Assembly (NCBI GenBank): GCA_051362555.1
Contig: CM120646.1
Span: 806,001 to 870,000 of the forward strand
Length of the DNA: 64,000 nucleotides
Reading direction: 5' to 3'
From: Lingula anatina
Lineage: Eukaryota > Animalia > Brachiopoda
Below, one piece after another: positions 1 through 13,616 of the stretch. The translations under genes and the position numbers were made by a program. Every line of letters starts with the position of its first letter. Position 1 is the first letter of the stretch. The notes under the pieces were generated by a model that was given only the letters and a program-made list of their open reading frames with translations, did no database searches and was not told the origin of the DNA.

Positions 1-67
1 CAAAATGACACCGATAATACCGCACACGATAAAATTATTTTTATTGTACAGTTTCTTAACCGCTTAC

Positions 68-2548
68 CTAAACAAGGGTAAACCTGCTCTTCGACTCCGT
101 ATCCACCGCAGCTACTTTTCTGATAATACCGAGTTCTTGTTTTCATGTTGGTGGCGGTGCACTCCGACCATTCGCTCCAAGGGAAAACGTCATTAACGCA
201 CGCCACCTGCATCTGAAAACCGACGTTATTTCCGGCAGTGATGTTCCTATCCGGAGTGCACGTGCCTGCAACGTTGTCGATGATAGCGACGGGCTGAACT
301 TGTGAAGGGTCACTGAATAATGAAGAACAGTTTCTGTTGTCAATATACGTCCATTCGATCGTATCATCTAAATCTTTAAACACCGATCTTTCATATTTGT
401 TGAGCAAGATGTCAAACCTTGCAGCAGTCGAAGCTTTACTTTGCAACTATGTCGAAACATAACATACGTGGTACTCTTTTCAAATGAAAATTAAACATTT
501 TATTGCAAACAAACCCCTTTTCTACATTATGAACTCTAGCATTCACAAGAATTAATTTCAGGACCAGTTTTAAAATCTCTCCGCAGCGTATTTGACTGAT
601 GTGAAGCACACCAGAAATAACGTAAATCTTGTTTCACGTACGCTTGTTTTCACAACTTACGTAGAATAGATGGAGCATCCAACAATCTTGGGAGCAATAA
701 AGTGATCAGGACAGCCGATAGAGGGCAGCAGCTTATCCTGCGGGTCGGTGCCATTCACTCTATCGCTGTATTCTGCATAAGTGTATTCATTCGTGTCACA
801 TCTTTCCAAACACGTGATAACAGCCTGAATGGCAATGAAGTACAATTGTAAAGGTAACGTAATGAATACTTGCAAGATCGAGCTTTTATAAGTTCATTTT
901 TCAATATATTATTCATAATATTGAGTATAACAATCCTCTGTTTTAACTCCGTCGCGGTACCAAGGTTTAAGTGCGGATTTGTCTACAAGCGGCACAGCGA
1001 AATGCCTTCTTCAACAAGGTTCAACAGAAGATGGACTTAGGGTTTGAGTTTGAAAAAATCGCTACGAACGAGAGGCAGGAAGTGAAAGAGTTGGAGGCAA
1101 AGAAAACATACAAGTGTATAACTTACTTGGATTCGTGGAGTACCTATAGTTTGTGTGCTTGTAGCAATACAAAAGACAACGCCTGGATTGTTGGAATCGA
1201 ACTTGAGCTGCGCCTTACACTGGCCTGGAGCCATCAGATTGATACATTCGCAGCTTGATGTGAAGGTAGTCGCTGGACACGAAGTGAAACTTACGCTATT
1301 GACTGCTCCGACACTGACTAAAAATATCAACAGTTGAGACAGAAGTGAGAGGTAGCCAATGAATACGAACAGTTCTTAAGTAGATTCCTTTCTGTAATCA
1401 AGAAATGGTACCGGTAGTTACGTTGGTTTTATATATTCACTTTTAAATATTCACTTGCATAGATGCGAAAAATGATCACTTTAAATTTATTAGAGTTAGA
1501 ATAATATTAAACAGTTTAAGAAAAAAAAATTTCATCAGATAAAGCAATATCAAAGAGGGTAATGATTCAAGTTATTACCAAAACTTCCGTCACAGTTTTG
1601 CTTTATGCCGCTGATCACGACGCCCGGCATAGAGGCAGTAGATACCATTCGAATCATCCTCTCTGTGACGCCAATGCAAGTCCCGGTCCCATATGTAAAG
1701 GCAGCGCATCTTAATATCTGAAAATAAAATAAAATCACATTGCTGTTCGACCACGTCTGTTCATTTGTGTGCGTGTCTGCATAGAGGGTGTTAAACAATC
1801 CCGTTACTTGTAGCACGTTGCTTCGCCTTATCTAGGCTGACATACAACGATGACTTCAGGTGCATTTTACACCCCAAAATCCCTTTCACACCAATATAGC
1901 TTAGCTTGGAAATCCAAACTAAACGCCTAAATGTTAAGTATTCGAAAAATAAAAATATTTTAACGCACAAGATTGAAATAAAGAAGAACCGGGCACGGGG
2001 CGCGCCCAATATCTCTGAACGTTTTTGACTGACCTTGTTGCAACCCAGTTCACACGCCTTCGCGGACATTGCAGTCGGTATTTGGAACACGTCATAGCTG
2101 TACTCCTGACCAAGAGCAGACACCACGTGGTCAGGCAAGTATAGATAATCACATTTGGGTACAAGTTCCGCAGGAACACCTAATGGAAAAAAATTATCAT
2201 GTATCTGTATATCAAAAAGCAAGTTCAAAATGAGTATGCTGTAAATAACATATGGAGATTACTTAGTTTTAAAGATTTGAACAAGACACCGTTTTTGGAA
2301 TAGAAAGACCTTTTGGTAAATAAGCAAAGACTTCTTTTTGGCGCAAGTTTCTTTGTCCAACCGACCCAGGTCTGTGTGAAAAAAGTAGGGGTTTAAAATA
2401 TATTTTAGAAAAGCCAAAGTCATTATCAAATCATTCGTAAAGAGATAAAGTCAACATGTATTAAACAAACAATTCTGAAAGTAATCTTACCATATATAAA
2501 GGCCGAAAGAAGACCCCCAATCAGGAGTAGATGCCAATGGCTCAACAT
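68..2548 (-). CDS. Uncharacterised secreted protein (signal peptide, PAN/apple-like domain, Cys-rich modules, TSP1-like repeat); 3' part lies beyond the window's left edge
   Basis: Coding exons on the - strand with GT/AG boundaries: 2548-2491 (MLSHWHLLLIGGLLSAFIYG, signal-peptide-like), 2179-2034, 1717-1579, 1317-1127, 824-661, and ~417-68. Phases match through the 824-661 exon. The last acceptor is uncertain: 417 keeps the phase, the AG at 447-448 does not. The translation contains SAKACELGCNKILRCAAFTYGTGTC (PAN-like) and FPWSEWSECTATNMKTRTR (TSP1-like). A GTAAG donor at 67-63 shows the gene continues. Confidence 0.75.
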
Positions 2549-3209
2549 GTCTGGAGATCTGAAAAATGATTCAAAATTATCATTCCAAAAAACATGTAAT
2601 TTTCACACTTTCGAAACCCATTTGTGACAACATGTTCATTTTCTTGGTAGTTGGCTCAAACACGATATTTATGAAACACAAGTTGGGATGTTTTTGTACC
2701 GTTATGTTACGGGCTACCGGCCAGTGAGCATTACTGAGTACTGTAACAATATCTTCTCACATCAGTCTGATGCAGGTCTAGGTTGAGTATGAAAACCGTC
2801 CAGCTTGTGTTTAATAAATATCTATATAATGACGAAATCTTGGCGTTCTATCTAAGTATACCACGAAAGTATAAATACATAAACGAAAGCCAAAAAACAG
2901 TAGCTGTTCACGCGCCTGTTCGACAAAGTTTTGTCTTTTTTACTTCAGCTACATATCAACTTCATCGGACGTCATATCTGGCCTCGAATGTTGATAGCAC
3001 AGGGAAGCAAGCGCAGCAAACAAACTCAAATCTGAGGCAACAAACGCTACGATGAACGACAATTTCGATTCAATCTTATAAATGCCAAATTACCAATGAC
3101 CTAGCAAGAAACGCAGCAAAAGGTTCATACAAAACACATCCAGTATAACCCTTGAAAAGAAGCTAAGTTTTCCTCTTTAACATCGTTATCTAAAACATAA
3201 GCAACTTAC

Positions 3210-3330
3210 CAATATGTTGGAGGTCTCTTCTTTTAGGTATCTTCAGGCAGTCCAAGATATTCTGTCACCGTTCAGCAAGTACACCAAATTCGCCGCACGG
3301 ACGCTCTTTTATCCAGCAGTCATCATTATC
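3210..3330 (-). other. Putative non-coding first exon (5' UTR) of the PAN/TSP1 gene
   Basis: A strong donor G|GTAAGT lies at 3210/3209 on the - strand, and the ATG exon begins with an acceptor (ttttcag) at 2559-2560, so an upstream exon is required. The 5' boundary is a guess. Confidence 0.4.
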
Positions 3331-3335
3331 AGCTC

Positions 3336-3351
3336 TCACGTCACGTGACGT
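3336..3351. promoter_or_regulatory. Overlapping CRE-like/E-box cluster (TCACGTCACGTGACGT), candidate promoter element
   Basis: Palindromic GTCACGTGAC (CLEAR/USF-type E-box) with overlapping TGACGT half-sites, just upstream of the putative UTR exon. Motif match only. Confidence 0.3.
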
Positions 3352-4523
3352 TTGGGCGATCTCATTATTTAAAAGAGGTGACAGATGTCCATGAAATTTA
3401 CGTAGTGCAAAGGACTAATGCTGTTTCAGATAAAAACATTTGAATTTTTCAATCTGTTTTTCAAAGATAAATATTCATATTTCAAGAGTAAACTTTCATT
3501 CAATTAAGTATCATAGATCTCAGACATATTATATTTCCGCAACCCTGTCAAAATAAACCCGGCGAAATCATTCGGTCTGGTCGTCACCTGAACAACTGCT
3601 CATGGTCGTGGACAACGTATTGTTCTCCTCCCTCCAGATCGTTATCAACCCCGCCTCTCTCCCCAGCAGAGAAAGAGAGGACTTGCAATTTACTAAACCG
3701 ATTCCGAAACGAAAATGCCAAACATCTCATTATAATATTGTCGTACAATTTTTCAACGCACACGCCAAAATGAGAATAAATTAATTTGAGTCTAGGGTTT
3801 GATAAAATATTGGGCCATTCTGAATATAGAATAATCTTTAGGGATAGATCAAACTTGCTTCTGATTTACCTCCATCCTGTGTTTCGCAGGTGAGTCTTTC
3901 TTAGACCACGATACAAAAAAAGAAAAAAATGGCCCCATGTTTCTAGAAATATCTGCAGCTCAGGGTGAAAAACACGTGCAGAGGCAACCTCTAGGGCACG
4001 CTTGTGGATTTCTGTTGCATATAATAAACACACCAAGAAGTGGTATCTCACCGTTTAATTTGAATTTTTTTAGTTATTGAAGTAGTACATCTGGCCATTA
4101 TATGAAGATATATTTGTTAATTCACAACTTATATTAATTATATAAAAAATGTCAAGTACAGAATACATCATTGTATTGATATTATATTTTATAGTACAAA
4201 GTCATGTTAATTTATGTACCGATAGTCATACAGAATTAAATTGAACTGAACTGAAATAACCGTGGAGTGGAGCAGAAAGAAACAAGGCTAATATTTCCCG
4301 GGAGAGAATTTTCAAAGCTTTCCACACTGTTAACAGCCAGCGTTTATGATATCGTCTGGTCATTGGTATTCCCTTGTGATGTACATGTAATAGTGGGTTC
4401 ATTGGGTATTTTGAAAAGATTTGTATTTTTGCTTTATTTTCATTCTCTGAAGCTGTATTGTGAAACAATTAAATATCTGAGAGTAAAAAATAAATATAAC
4501 AGTTGTTTTGGCTAACTTATTAT

Positions 4524-4524
4524 T

Positions 4525-4560
<36 letters not shown>

Positions 4561-4582
4561 AGGAGAGAGAGAGAAGATGCCG

Positions 4583-4617
<35 letters not shown>

Positions 4618-4666
4618 GGCTGAGAGAGAGAGAGAAAGAGAGTGGGAATAAAGAGAAAGAGAGAGA
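4524..4666. repeat. Compound (GA)n microsatellite with duplicated AGATGCCGGCT interruption
   Basis: Directly visible in the sequence. Confidence 0.95.
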
Positions 4667-5586
4667 CAGGGCACGTTTGAGAAAGAGTGAGGAGTGTTTG
4701 AAAATAGAAATATCATACACTTTCGTTGACCTGCTTCTTTCGCTTCTTGACGATTCGGTGTCAAGCAGGTCTAAAAATATTTTAATTTGCGTTTATGCTG
4801 TTGTCTGATTTTCGTCTTCCCTTCAAGAAGCGCCTTATGACAATTTTGTTTACGACGCAGTCAACCTCCTGAGTCAATACCAGGAAGATACCTTGGCCAA
4901 TTACTGAGTTTTGGAGCACTTTCCTGCTGCGATCAAACACAGATTCGAGAGTTGCTCACACCTGAAAGATAATGAGTGCCAAAACTAATTATTAGACCAA
5001 GACATTCATTGTACTGACTGTGGTCCAGTGAAGCAAGGTTTGTACACATTTGATTTCATCACAGATAATTAAGATTTGGCATCCAGTAGTTAACATTTGG
5101 AGCAGTTGTCTATGATGTAAGTTGGAAGAAGACTCAATTGAGACACTGACATCTGGGACAGGTTGCTCACACGAACTTTGGCCCGAAAACTCATCTTTTA
5201 TTTTTAAGATTAAGCAAGTATACTCTACTACAGTGTAAGATAAATCCAAAACTGTCCGCCTAAATAAAATCAGTGTTCATATAAAGGAGAAGTCGGTCTT
5301 AACTTTGGTCTAAAAAATGAACAATGTCTCTCTGGTTATACTTTTTCACCTGATTGGATTACTGCATGTGCCGATCATCTTAGCTCAAAACAGACTAACA
5401 TTTTGTCTAAAGACAAGGGTAAATCTTAAACTAAAGTTCGTTAAGGAAGCGGGTCTGACAAACACGAAGATTTTTCACCATTGCTAAGTATAAAGTCAGA
5501 CATATTCGTTTAAAGAATATAGATTCTTCACATCTGGGAGTTACCGGCGCGTCTTAAAATTCAACTACAAGCCGACATTGCGGTCT

Positions 5587-5587
<1 letters not shown>

Positions 5588-5626
<39 letters not shown>

Positions 5627-5635
5627 AAAAAAAAA
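5588..5635. repeat. Poly(A) tract
   Basis: About 48 nt of A with one G. Confidence 0.9.
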
Positions 5636-7187
5636 CATCGTTAAGTTGTTCCGACTGCCCTTGTCACACTGATCACCGAATCTGATATAAATGTTTGACT
5701 AGAACCTGCACAGGCCAGGACACCAGGACGGAATTCCTTCATCATATCTGACTGTAAAATGTTTAATTCAATTCTGAAGTCACTTTGAAATTAAAGGACA
5801 AAATGAGGGCCCGCAGAGAGGCTATCCACATAATATGGTATATTAGGTGTACGAAGCTTGTCATAGATGGAATTCTCTAGTTAACGTGGAGCATCTCTAC
5901 CCTCTGATATGGTGCCCAGTATAGTATAGTATACAGATTATACACCTGATGCACGAAGAAAAGTCGATTCATTTACTATGTAAGATGGTTTTGTACTAGG
6001 CTTGGCAAGTATGTCCAAAACCAGTCTTATGAGCCACAATTAACTAAAACTTTTTTTTCATTTTATGTAACAGACGCATTATTTGGTGCAAGATTACATC
6101 GTCAAAGGTGTGATATCAAAACCTTTAAAAAACTGCTAGAATACAGCCTGTCGGTAGGTTGAATGAACTTTTGGCTATTATTATTATTAGTGCGATGGAT
6201 GAAGTTAGATATAACATTTAGATTTTTATTAAACAAATGCTTTTTAGTACATTGAAAAGTGTTAAAATTACACACAGCGAGCGCGGATTCCTTATGACGC
6301 ATATAACGCTGATTACTTTCTTATACATCATGTCATCGTGCCAAGGGACCAACCATAAAAGAGCTTTAAAACTGCGCTTTCTTCGAATTTCTGTTCGTAA
6401 ATTTGATCTTCCCACCTGTCCCTGTAGTTTGTAAAAATCCCCCAAATGGCGTAGTAATGTATGGCTGCTGTGCGCGCTATAGCACAATTATTCAAATGAG
6501 TTGCCGTAAACAACTGAGGGTTACATGCATATACATAGCACAAAAAGATATCTGTTCAAATATCAATTTTTGGAAATATGAAACTATGCATTTCCCTTAT
6601 AACTTTAAAAAGTTATGCTGGTTTTATGGCAAAAATTAACTTAAAATACATCTTTAGCAGCTCCTTGCCTCTACGACGTCTTGTACTTCCTCTCCACAAG
6701 CTTTTGCTGGTTCATTGAATATATAGCGATCTAACTTCAACGGATCCAGGGTTTTGGGGATGGGGGTATCAGAATAAATCTAACGGTAGGCTCCCCACAC
6801 CCACCCTCTTCCAATGGTTTACATGTGCACTTTATTTTGCAGAAAAGTCGCATCATTTAACTAGAGATATATCTGTTAATATAGAGTGAAAAATCAATCT
6901 GTGTCCCTGGTAGAGGGTACCCTACACACGACTGTGCGTGAATGTATCAGCGATTAGTTTATCATTGCGCCGGAGAAGATCTCAACTGTCGCAATCGGCG
7001 GACAGGACACTGCTGAACGCTAACCCAGCAGACAAAATCCTCGCAAATGGAGGGCCTACTTTTGTAGTACATCGACACTTAAAATTAAGAGAAGAAATGC
7101 ACATTTGAGAGGGGTCCCAAGGAAGAGCGTACTCTCATCATAGGTTTATGATAAGCAGCTTTTTCTTTAAAAAATGTCGCCTGTCAG

Positions 7188-7302
7188 AAGCAATAAAAAC
7201 AGCACTGTCGATGACATAACTGGCAATATAATTCGATTAAAACAGGACTTGGTTTTCATACTATTGCCAGTTATGTCATCGACAATGCTGTTTTTATTGC
7301 TT
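7188..7302. repeat. Near-perfect inverted repeat/hairpin (about 41-bp arms, about 30-nt loop)
   Basis: AAGCAATAAAAACAGCACTGTCGATGACATAACTGGCAATA ... TATTGCCAGTTATGTCATCGACAATGCTGTTTTTATTGCTT, one mismatch. Confidence 0.85.
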
Positions 7303-8675
7303 TTTTGACCCTCTTTTAGGAGGGTTTCCTCAGTACAGTGTTGTTTGCAAAATAAATCAATAAAGATAAAGTAACAGTATCATGAATTAAAATCTGAAAA
7401 TGCAATTCTAGGAATATGGCCTTCTAGGTGTCACATTTGTGAAAAGGCTCTCATATGCAAGATTACCTTATAAGTTTTACTTGTAACTTTTTAGGCGAAA
7501 ATACTGATTTTGTGTCCAACGATCTCCTGCAAATTGTACCGAAATGCACCAAACTGAAAGAAATTCTCTGATAGCGGCTGTTGCTGTGGGGGGCTGGGGG
7601 GGGGGGGGGGGGCAAAATGTTGGTCCCCTCACTTTAGCTATTCTGGAACTGTCAATGAATCCAATGACAGACTATAAAAGAATGTTTTATTTTTGACAGT
7701 ACGGAGAAACAATTAAAATATTCTAATACTCTGAAATTGATCGAGCTTTATATTCAAAACTAGCAACCACAAAAAAGGCCCTTCGTAGGTGTCTAAATAG
7801 CAACTGAAGTCAGGAAACTAATCACACAATTATTCGTAATGGCAGGTTTATACATGTTCTCCTTCCTCGTCTTCAACTTCATCGACAGCTGGTTTTAGGG
7901 GGTGTTCCTTGAGACTCGTAGACCACGAGCAATTCTAATTGTTTAAGAAGTGGCAATCACACAAGGAGGAAGAAGGTAGTTATTATTCGACTATAAGCAA
8001 GAAATACAACTGGTACTGTCGATTTAGATAACATCATATCAAATTATAATTAATACCCAGTGCACATTTTCTGCTCACGCCCCCCTCCCCCCTCCTCCGC
8101 GTCACCTGAGAATGGTATCGGTTTTAACAAGAAAAAAAGAAAAAAAAAAAAAGGTCAAACCAGGGATAGGCATGGGGAGGGCGTTTGATACTGAATATCA
8201 ATAACTACAGTGTTAAATCCTTGCGAACTTATCAAACAAGAGATCTCTCCTGAAATACGTTTCGCAATTAAACTGTTTTGTAACTGTTGTTTTTATTGCA
8301 GCAGCACCACCCCCTTTCCTTGATGCGCACCGACGTCTCCGAATTTTTCATTAATCACACAGTTCACGGGCTCATATCTAAATCTGTTATGGCCCTACCC
8401 GTATGAGGTTTAATGAAATCCACGTGCAAGGGCACAAGTGGCAGGAGTTATTTCCCAAATTTCAGGATAGCGGGAGTTGTGTCTCATAAATTCGTCAAGT
8501 GCTCTCCGAGCAGGTGGTATCGGAGCCGTACCAGGTGGTTTGATCAACTTTGATTCAGAGGGGGCAGATTGACAAAAAATACCACTTGATTATAATTTCT
8601 TTAAAAATTTAGAAACGAAATCCCTACAGTTTGAATTGAAGCGATATTAAAAGTTGTAAACTCTACGGATTTTCG

Positions 8676-8683
8676 TATATAAG
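8676..8683 (+). promoter_or_regulatory. Candidate TATA box of cubilin
   Basis: TATATAAG about 150 nt upstream of the ATG at 8829. Motif and position only. Confidence 0.3.
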
Positions 8684-8828
8684 CGCTTTAAGTTCTGGTG
8701 ATGATGTTAAAAAATTAATTAAATTAATCACACTACCCCTAAAAAATAGTGGTATCGTCGTCAGCCTCGTTGTGAAACTGTCCAAAATAAGAGGATCAAA
8801 TTTCATCCTCTGGCAGCAAGCAGACAAC

Positions 8829-11800
8829 ATGGACCGGCCGCCGGGGCTTTCAATATTCCTTCTGATATTCTTCTCTCTAGCTCCGGCCACGGATCAAAAT
8901 GTACGACAGAAACGGGATGTAGTCACGGCGCAGTAAGTATGCAATTAAAAATCGGTATAATACTAGGGGTATAGAGTGTTGGAAACTTGTGCCGCGACCC
9001 AGTTTCTGGACCAGCGTTTGGCGTTGCTTCGAGAGCCTTTGCAATGCCGGTGCTCATATATACGCCCCCTAATTTTATATTCACACTGCCCATTAATTCC
9101 CTACTCACTTTATTTACCTGTCGAAAATATTTGAGGTTGAAAGTGAACATGCATAGTGTCATATTATTATTTCAGACTCTATATACCTACTGCAAGAACC
9201 TATATTTGCTTTCTAGTTTCTAGTGTTTGCAATTTGGCTCAAGCTGTTTTGAGTCAACTTTAAAAACAAGGGCTTGCGTTCTTGCATTTTCAGGTCCTTA
9301 ATTGTTCAGTTCACTATTGTACAAAGTCTTTTTAGAATAGTTATTGTGCGTTTTATCATCTGTTAATGGTCATTTGTGATTCCATTTAGGCTTAATTTTC
9401 TAATAATTAATCTGGTCAAGTTGGAGGGGGGGGGGTATAGAATGGGTTGGGATATGGTAGTAATCAGTTGTACTCAAACTGGTTAAAGATTTAATGCATA
9501 GGGTCACTTCAGATTCATCAATTAAATTATTTTCCAGGACTCCAAGAACTTTGTTTGGGAATGCTTCTCTTTTCATTTTTGATTCAGTTGAAAATTTCAA
9601 TCGATAGAAACCACATTGACCAAATGCTACATTTTATGATGATCTGCAGATGCATATCATGTAGTGTGATAATTTGAATATTTTCTGAAATTGTGTTTTT
9701 GAAATTAAAATAAAAAAAAAAACTTTAACAACAAAATTTTTCCTCTTGAACTTACATATATGTGAGGTGTCATCTGGTTATGTTTTTATGGTAGGTCATG
9801 CAGTAAGTATTTGTTTGTGACCAGAAAGGGTCAAATTAATGAGTCACATTTTCTTCGTAATTGGCTCAAGTAAAAACAGTGACAAGCAAATATATCATGG
9901 TTGTTGTATTAGATTTTTTAACGTGTTTACAACCACAGTGGTGCTAAGTGTTGGAATTTCCAAGAAAATTAAAAAGATTTTTTTTTTGCACAAAGTCAAA
10001 TGCCCGAAATGCGTTATTTCATTTATTGATCGTATGACAAAAAGGAAAAATCCTTGACCTTCAGTCATATGCTTCATGCCAGTTCATGGTGGAATGTCTA
10101 TTTTATGCTGAAACCTGTCTCTGTATAATGCAGGGATGAGATTCCCCCCCCCCCTCCCAAAGATGAAATTTCCAACCTTCTGGGAGCCAAAAATAAAGTC
10201 AGCCTAGGCGGCCCACTGGACCCTACGCTATATTTTTCGACTTTTTCATTTAATGACAGTCTCATCCCTGATAATGTAACAGAGTCCCTTTCCTCTCCAT
10301 GCGTTCTTGTATTAAAGCTAGTAGTGTTCTTTTAATGACTAATGGAATGAAATAATGTTTCAGGCCGAGGCTGATCACACAGAGTGGGCACCTGATCTTC
10401 CAGACGGGGGACAACCACAACATCACATTCCGCTCCAGCACTGGAGGCAGCATCAACGTGGACGGGGAGGATTTAAAAGCTAGTATACAGATTGTGAGTA
10501 TTGCATTGAGCTAAGACTGCATTCCCACAGATTTTTAGATCGATCTATTCCCCTTGGGAGTCTCACTAGATTGGTGTCAGCTTAACCAGCTTAAATGTCT
10601 GTCCTGCCTACTAAAAGCCGTAAGTGGGTAATTAAATATAGTGTGCAATCAGCTGACAGCAATTTAGCGTGAACCCCCATGGAGTTAGGTTGATCCAGAT
10701 GGATCGATCTAAATCTGTGGGAATGCAGTCTAAGGGTACAGAACCAGCATATAAGGTATACAGTTGTTTTAAAACATTAATTTTATATCGATTTATGTAC
10801 AAAATGATGTTAAATTACTTTTCTGTGGACAGAATATAGAATAATAGAAAATAAAAGCAGCTTCATGTTTCGGTTTGAATTGACTTAAAGGGCATATTTT
10901 CAGGGCTGAGTTTGGACTTGTCCAAATATCATGGTAGTAAATTCTTGACATAAACAACTTTCAATTAAAATTTTCATATCCTGTTCTTATTCTGAGAAAG
11001 AGTACATTACAAAACAATTTGTTTCAAATTACAGAGTTCCTAAAACTGCTGTTTATAAATTGTCAATGGCACATTTCTGTCTTACAATCTTTAAAGTTTT
11101 ATAAGTTTCTATTAGTGCTTTGTCATTGGCATATTTCTGTCTTACAACCTCCAAAATTTAAAAAGCTTATATTAGTGCTTTGTCATTAGCATTTCTGTCT
11201 TAAAGTTTCTAGAGATTCTATATACCGTGGTCAGTTGAGGACAAATATGTAAGAGTCGATTACAAAACTAGAAGCACCTTGCTGTGAATCTGCTGTGGAA
11301 TGCTACCAAACTGATCAGGTTTCAGTCACGGTTGTGATTAGTCTGCGCCAAGTGTGCCAGGCACATGAGGGTCGCGAGTACTGACTTCACGAAACCACAG
11401 GACTGTTCCTACTTCTTTCCAGACTTTCGCAATCACTTCTTATTTACTGATATATGGAAGGACAAATTGCCATTTAATTGACAATTGAAAATACAAAGGA
11501 AAAATCTTTCGTTGTTTGTTGCCAGTTTTGATCTAATGCTTTGTGGAATTTGGTTAAAATAACTTGCTTTGGAATCGCACACGTGAAATCATGATAAGGT
11601 TGAAATTGTAAAAGAAAAAAGTAAAAATATTACAGAAAGTAGCTAGTGCCTGCTTATGTGATGTATTTGATATTTTAAAAGCATTGTTTTCTTTGACACC
11701 ATTGGTTTGTCATGAGCTGCAATGATAGATAAAGTATTCTGTAACATGATTTATTTTAAGTCAAAAACAAAGATTAAATGACAACATAGGCAGCTGAATA

Positions 11801-13570
11801 TTTTATCTGAAGTGTAAAAATGAATGCAGCATAGTATGAGTCTGATATCATGGCATTCCAGCCCCTCCCCCCCAATAAAACAGCACCTCTTACTTAGGCA
11901 GGCTATCAGCTCGATTACAATACGTGATATCAGTTTATGTACACAGATTACTCTGGATAGGTGGTAGTTAACTGATAAGATTGCTTACTCTGGTCTTGTA
12001 GAAGAATTCAGTGGCCATTATATTCTCTTTCTACTGATAACAAACAGCACTTGAGTGAAAACTTACTGCTCGGAAGCTCTGGAGGTTTGCTGACTTAAAA
12101 TGATCTTATGTTTTACACGATGGTCATTATTACCTTACAGTCTTGTCATAGTGCCTTCTGCAGGTAAAGTGGTAAAATTAGTCCATTTGTGAACACAGCT
12201 ATAGTGGTTTCTTATGGCTTTCTATCTGTTACAATGCTTGCTCTCCTATTTCTCCTACAACTTGATTTTCGATTTTCATCTAAATACTAGGGTAAATATT
12301 TGTTATATTTATGACAACTTTTTACTGGTAAAAAATAATAGCATTTTAAGCCTGTACCCTGATTGTTTTATATGAGGTAATTAGCACCAGGACCTATCAT
12401 ACTGAGATCTTGGAGTAAAAAGGGCAGAAATGGAAGTTACATATTTCCAGACAATAGGATAAATAGTCCAAATGTCAGGCCTACCCAACTACCAGACTCG
12501 GCACCTAAGGATCCTGAATTAACCGGTATATCGGACCACGCTACCCGTTTTCAAGGTGTGTGTCAGATCGCATTTCGGAGTATCATACCCCAGAAAAATT
12601 TTGTAGCACGACTGCGGGCTCATCCACGCTCGGCTGAACAACCTTAAACTGTACTCTTACTTTAGAGTACTCCATTTTATTGTCTCTATGGGGATATATG
12701 GGGACTTTACGACATTCGGTTTGAATGTTTTAACCACTTTTGATAGGGCTTTTTTGCATTGTATTAGATTAATGTGGCAGTCTAAGGTGCATCTAGGTGG
12801 CTTTCAAATTTATGCACCCGGTTTTAAAATCATATAGCGATTTTACGACAATCGTTTACTATCCAATCAAGGTGACAGCCGAGCATGCCAGGGCTCATCC
12901 TGTCGGTGTTCTGGCTGATACTCCGAAATGCGATCTGACACACACCTTGAAAACGGGTAGTGTGGTCCGATATACCGGTTAATTCAGGATCCTTAGGTGC
13001 CGAGTCTGGTAGTTGGTTAGGCCTGAAATGTGTTCTCGTATGTCTCACATTTTATGGGTACTTGTGTTCAGAGTGAAGTGGCTGTAAACAGGCACCTCCC
13101 CCTCTCTGCAGGTAGCACACCAGAGGCCTACTTCAAATAGGTTTACCTATAGCTCTGCTCTCTCTCTCCTCCCTCTTTTTTCCCCTCTCTTTCTCATTTC
13201 TCCCTCCCTTCTTTCTCTCTCCTCTCTATCTCCCTGTCCTCCCATCTCTCTCTCCCTCCCTCCTCTCTCTCTCTTCTCTATCTCTCTTTCCTCCCATCTC
13301 TCTCTCTCTCTCTCTCTTCCACCTTCCACCCCTCTCTCTCTCTCTTTCCACTCTCTCTCTCTCTTTCTCTCACTTTCTCTCATATTACTACTGGACAGAT
13401 CAATGTGATACATGATACACTCTGTACATTGAAGTCTAGTAATAAGAGACCACACTGGATGGTTGGGGGTTAATTAGTGATAATAATTCATCTGCTCTTT
13501 GTTTGATCTGCTAATTAGGCCTCTTGGAAAAGGGGCAGTTTGGAGACTTGAAACAGAAATGAAGCAACAG

Positions 13571-13616
<46 letters not shown>

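Noticed and set aside
971-1337. Plus-strand ORFs 971-1258 and 1155-1337
   Set aside because: They are antisense shadows of the - strand exon 1317-1127, which has proper splice sites and phase continuity.
4399-4764. Ser/Leu-repeat ORFs (also the Glu/Arg ORF at 13147-13455 and the YYIIL ORFs at 47791-48145)
   Set aside because: These are translations of microsatellites; only 47952-48073 is a real exon.
6871-7040. Possible SINE or tRNA-derived fragment (similar tail-like sequence near 38105-38190)
   Set aside because: No recognisable A/B boxes, cloverleaf or TSD, so it cannot be supported without a repeat library.
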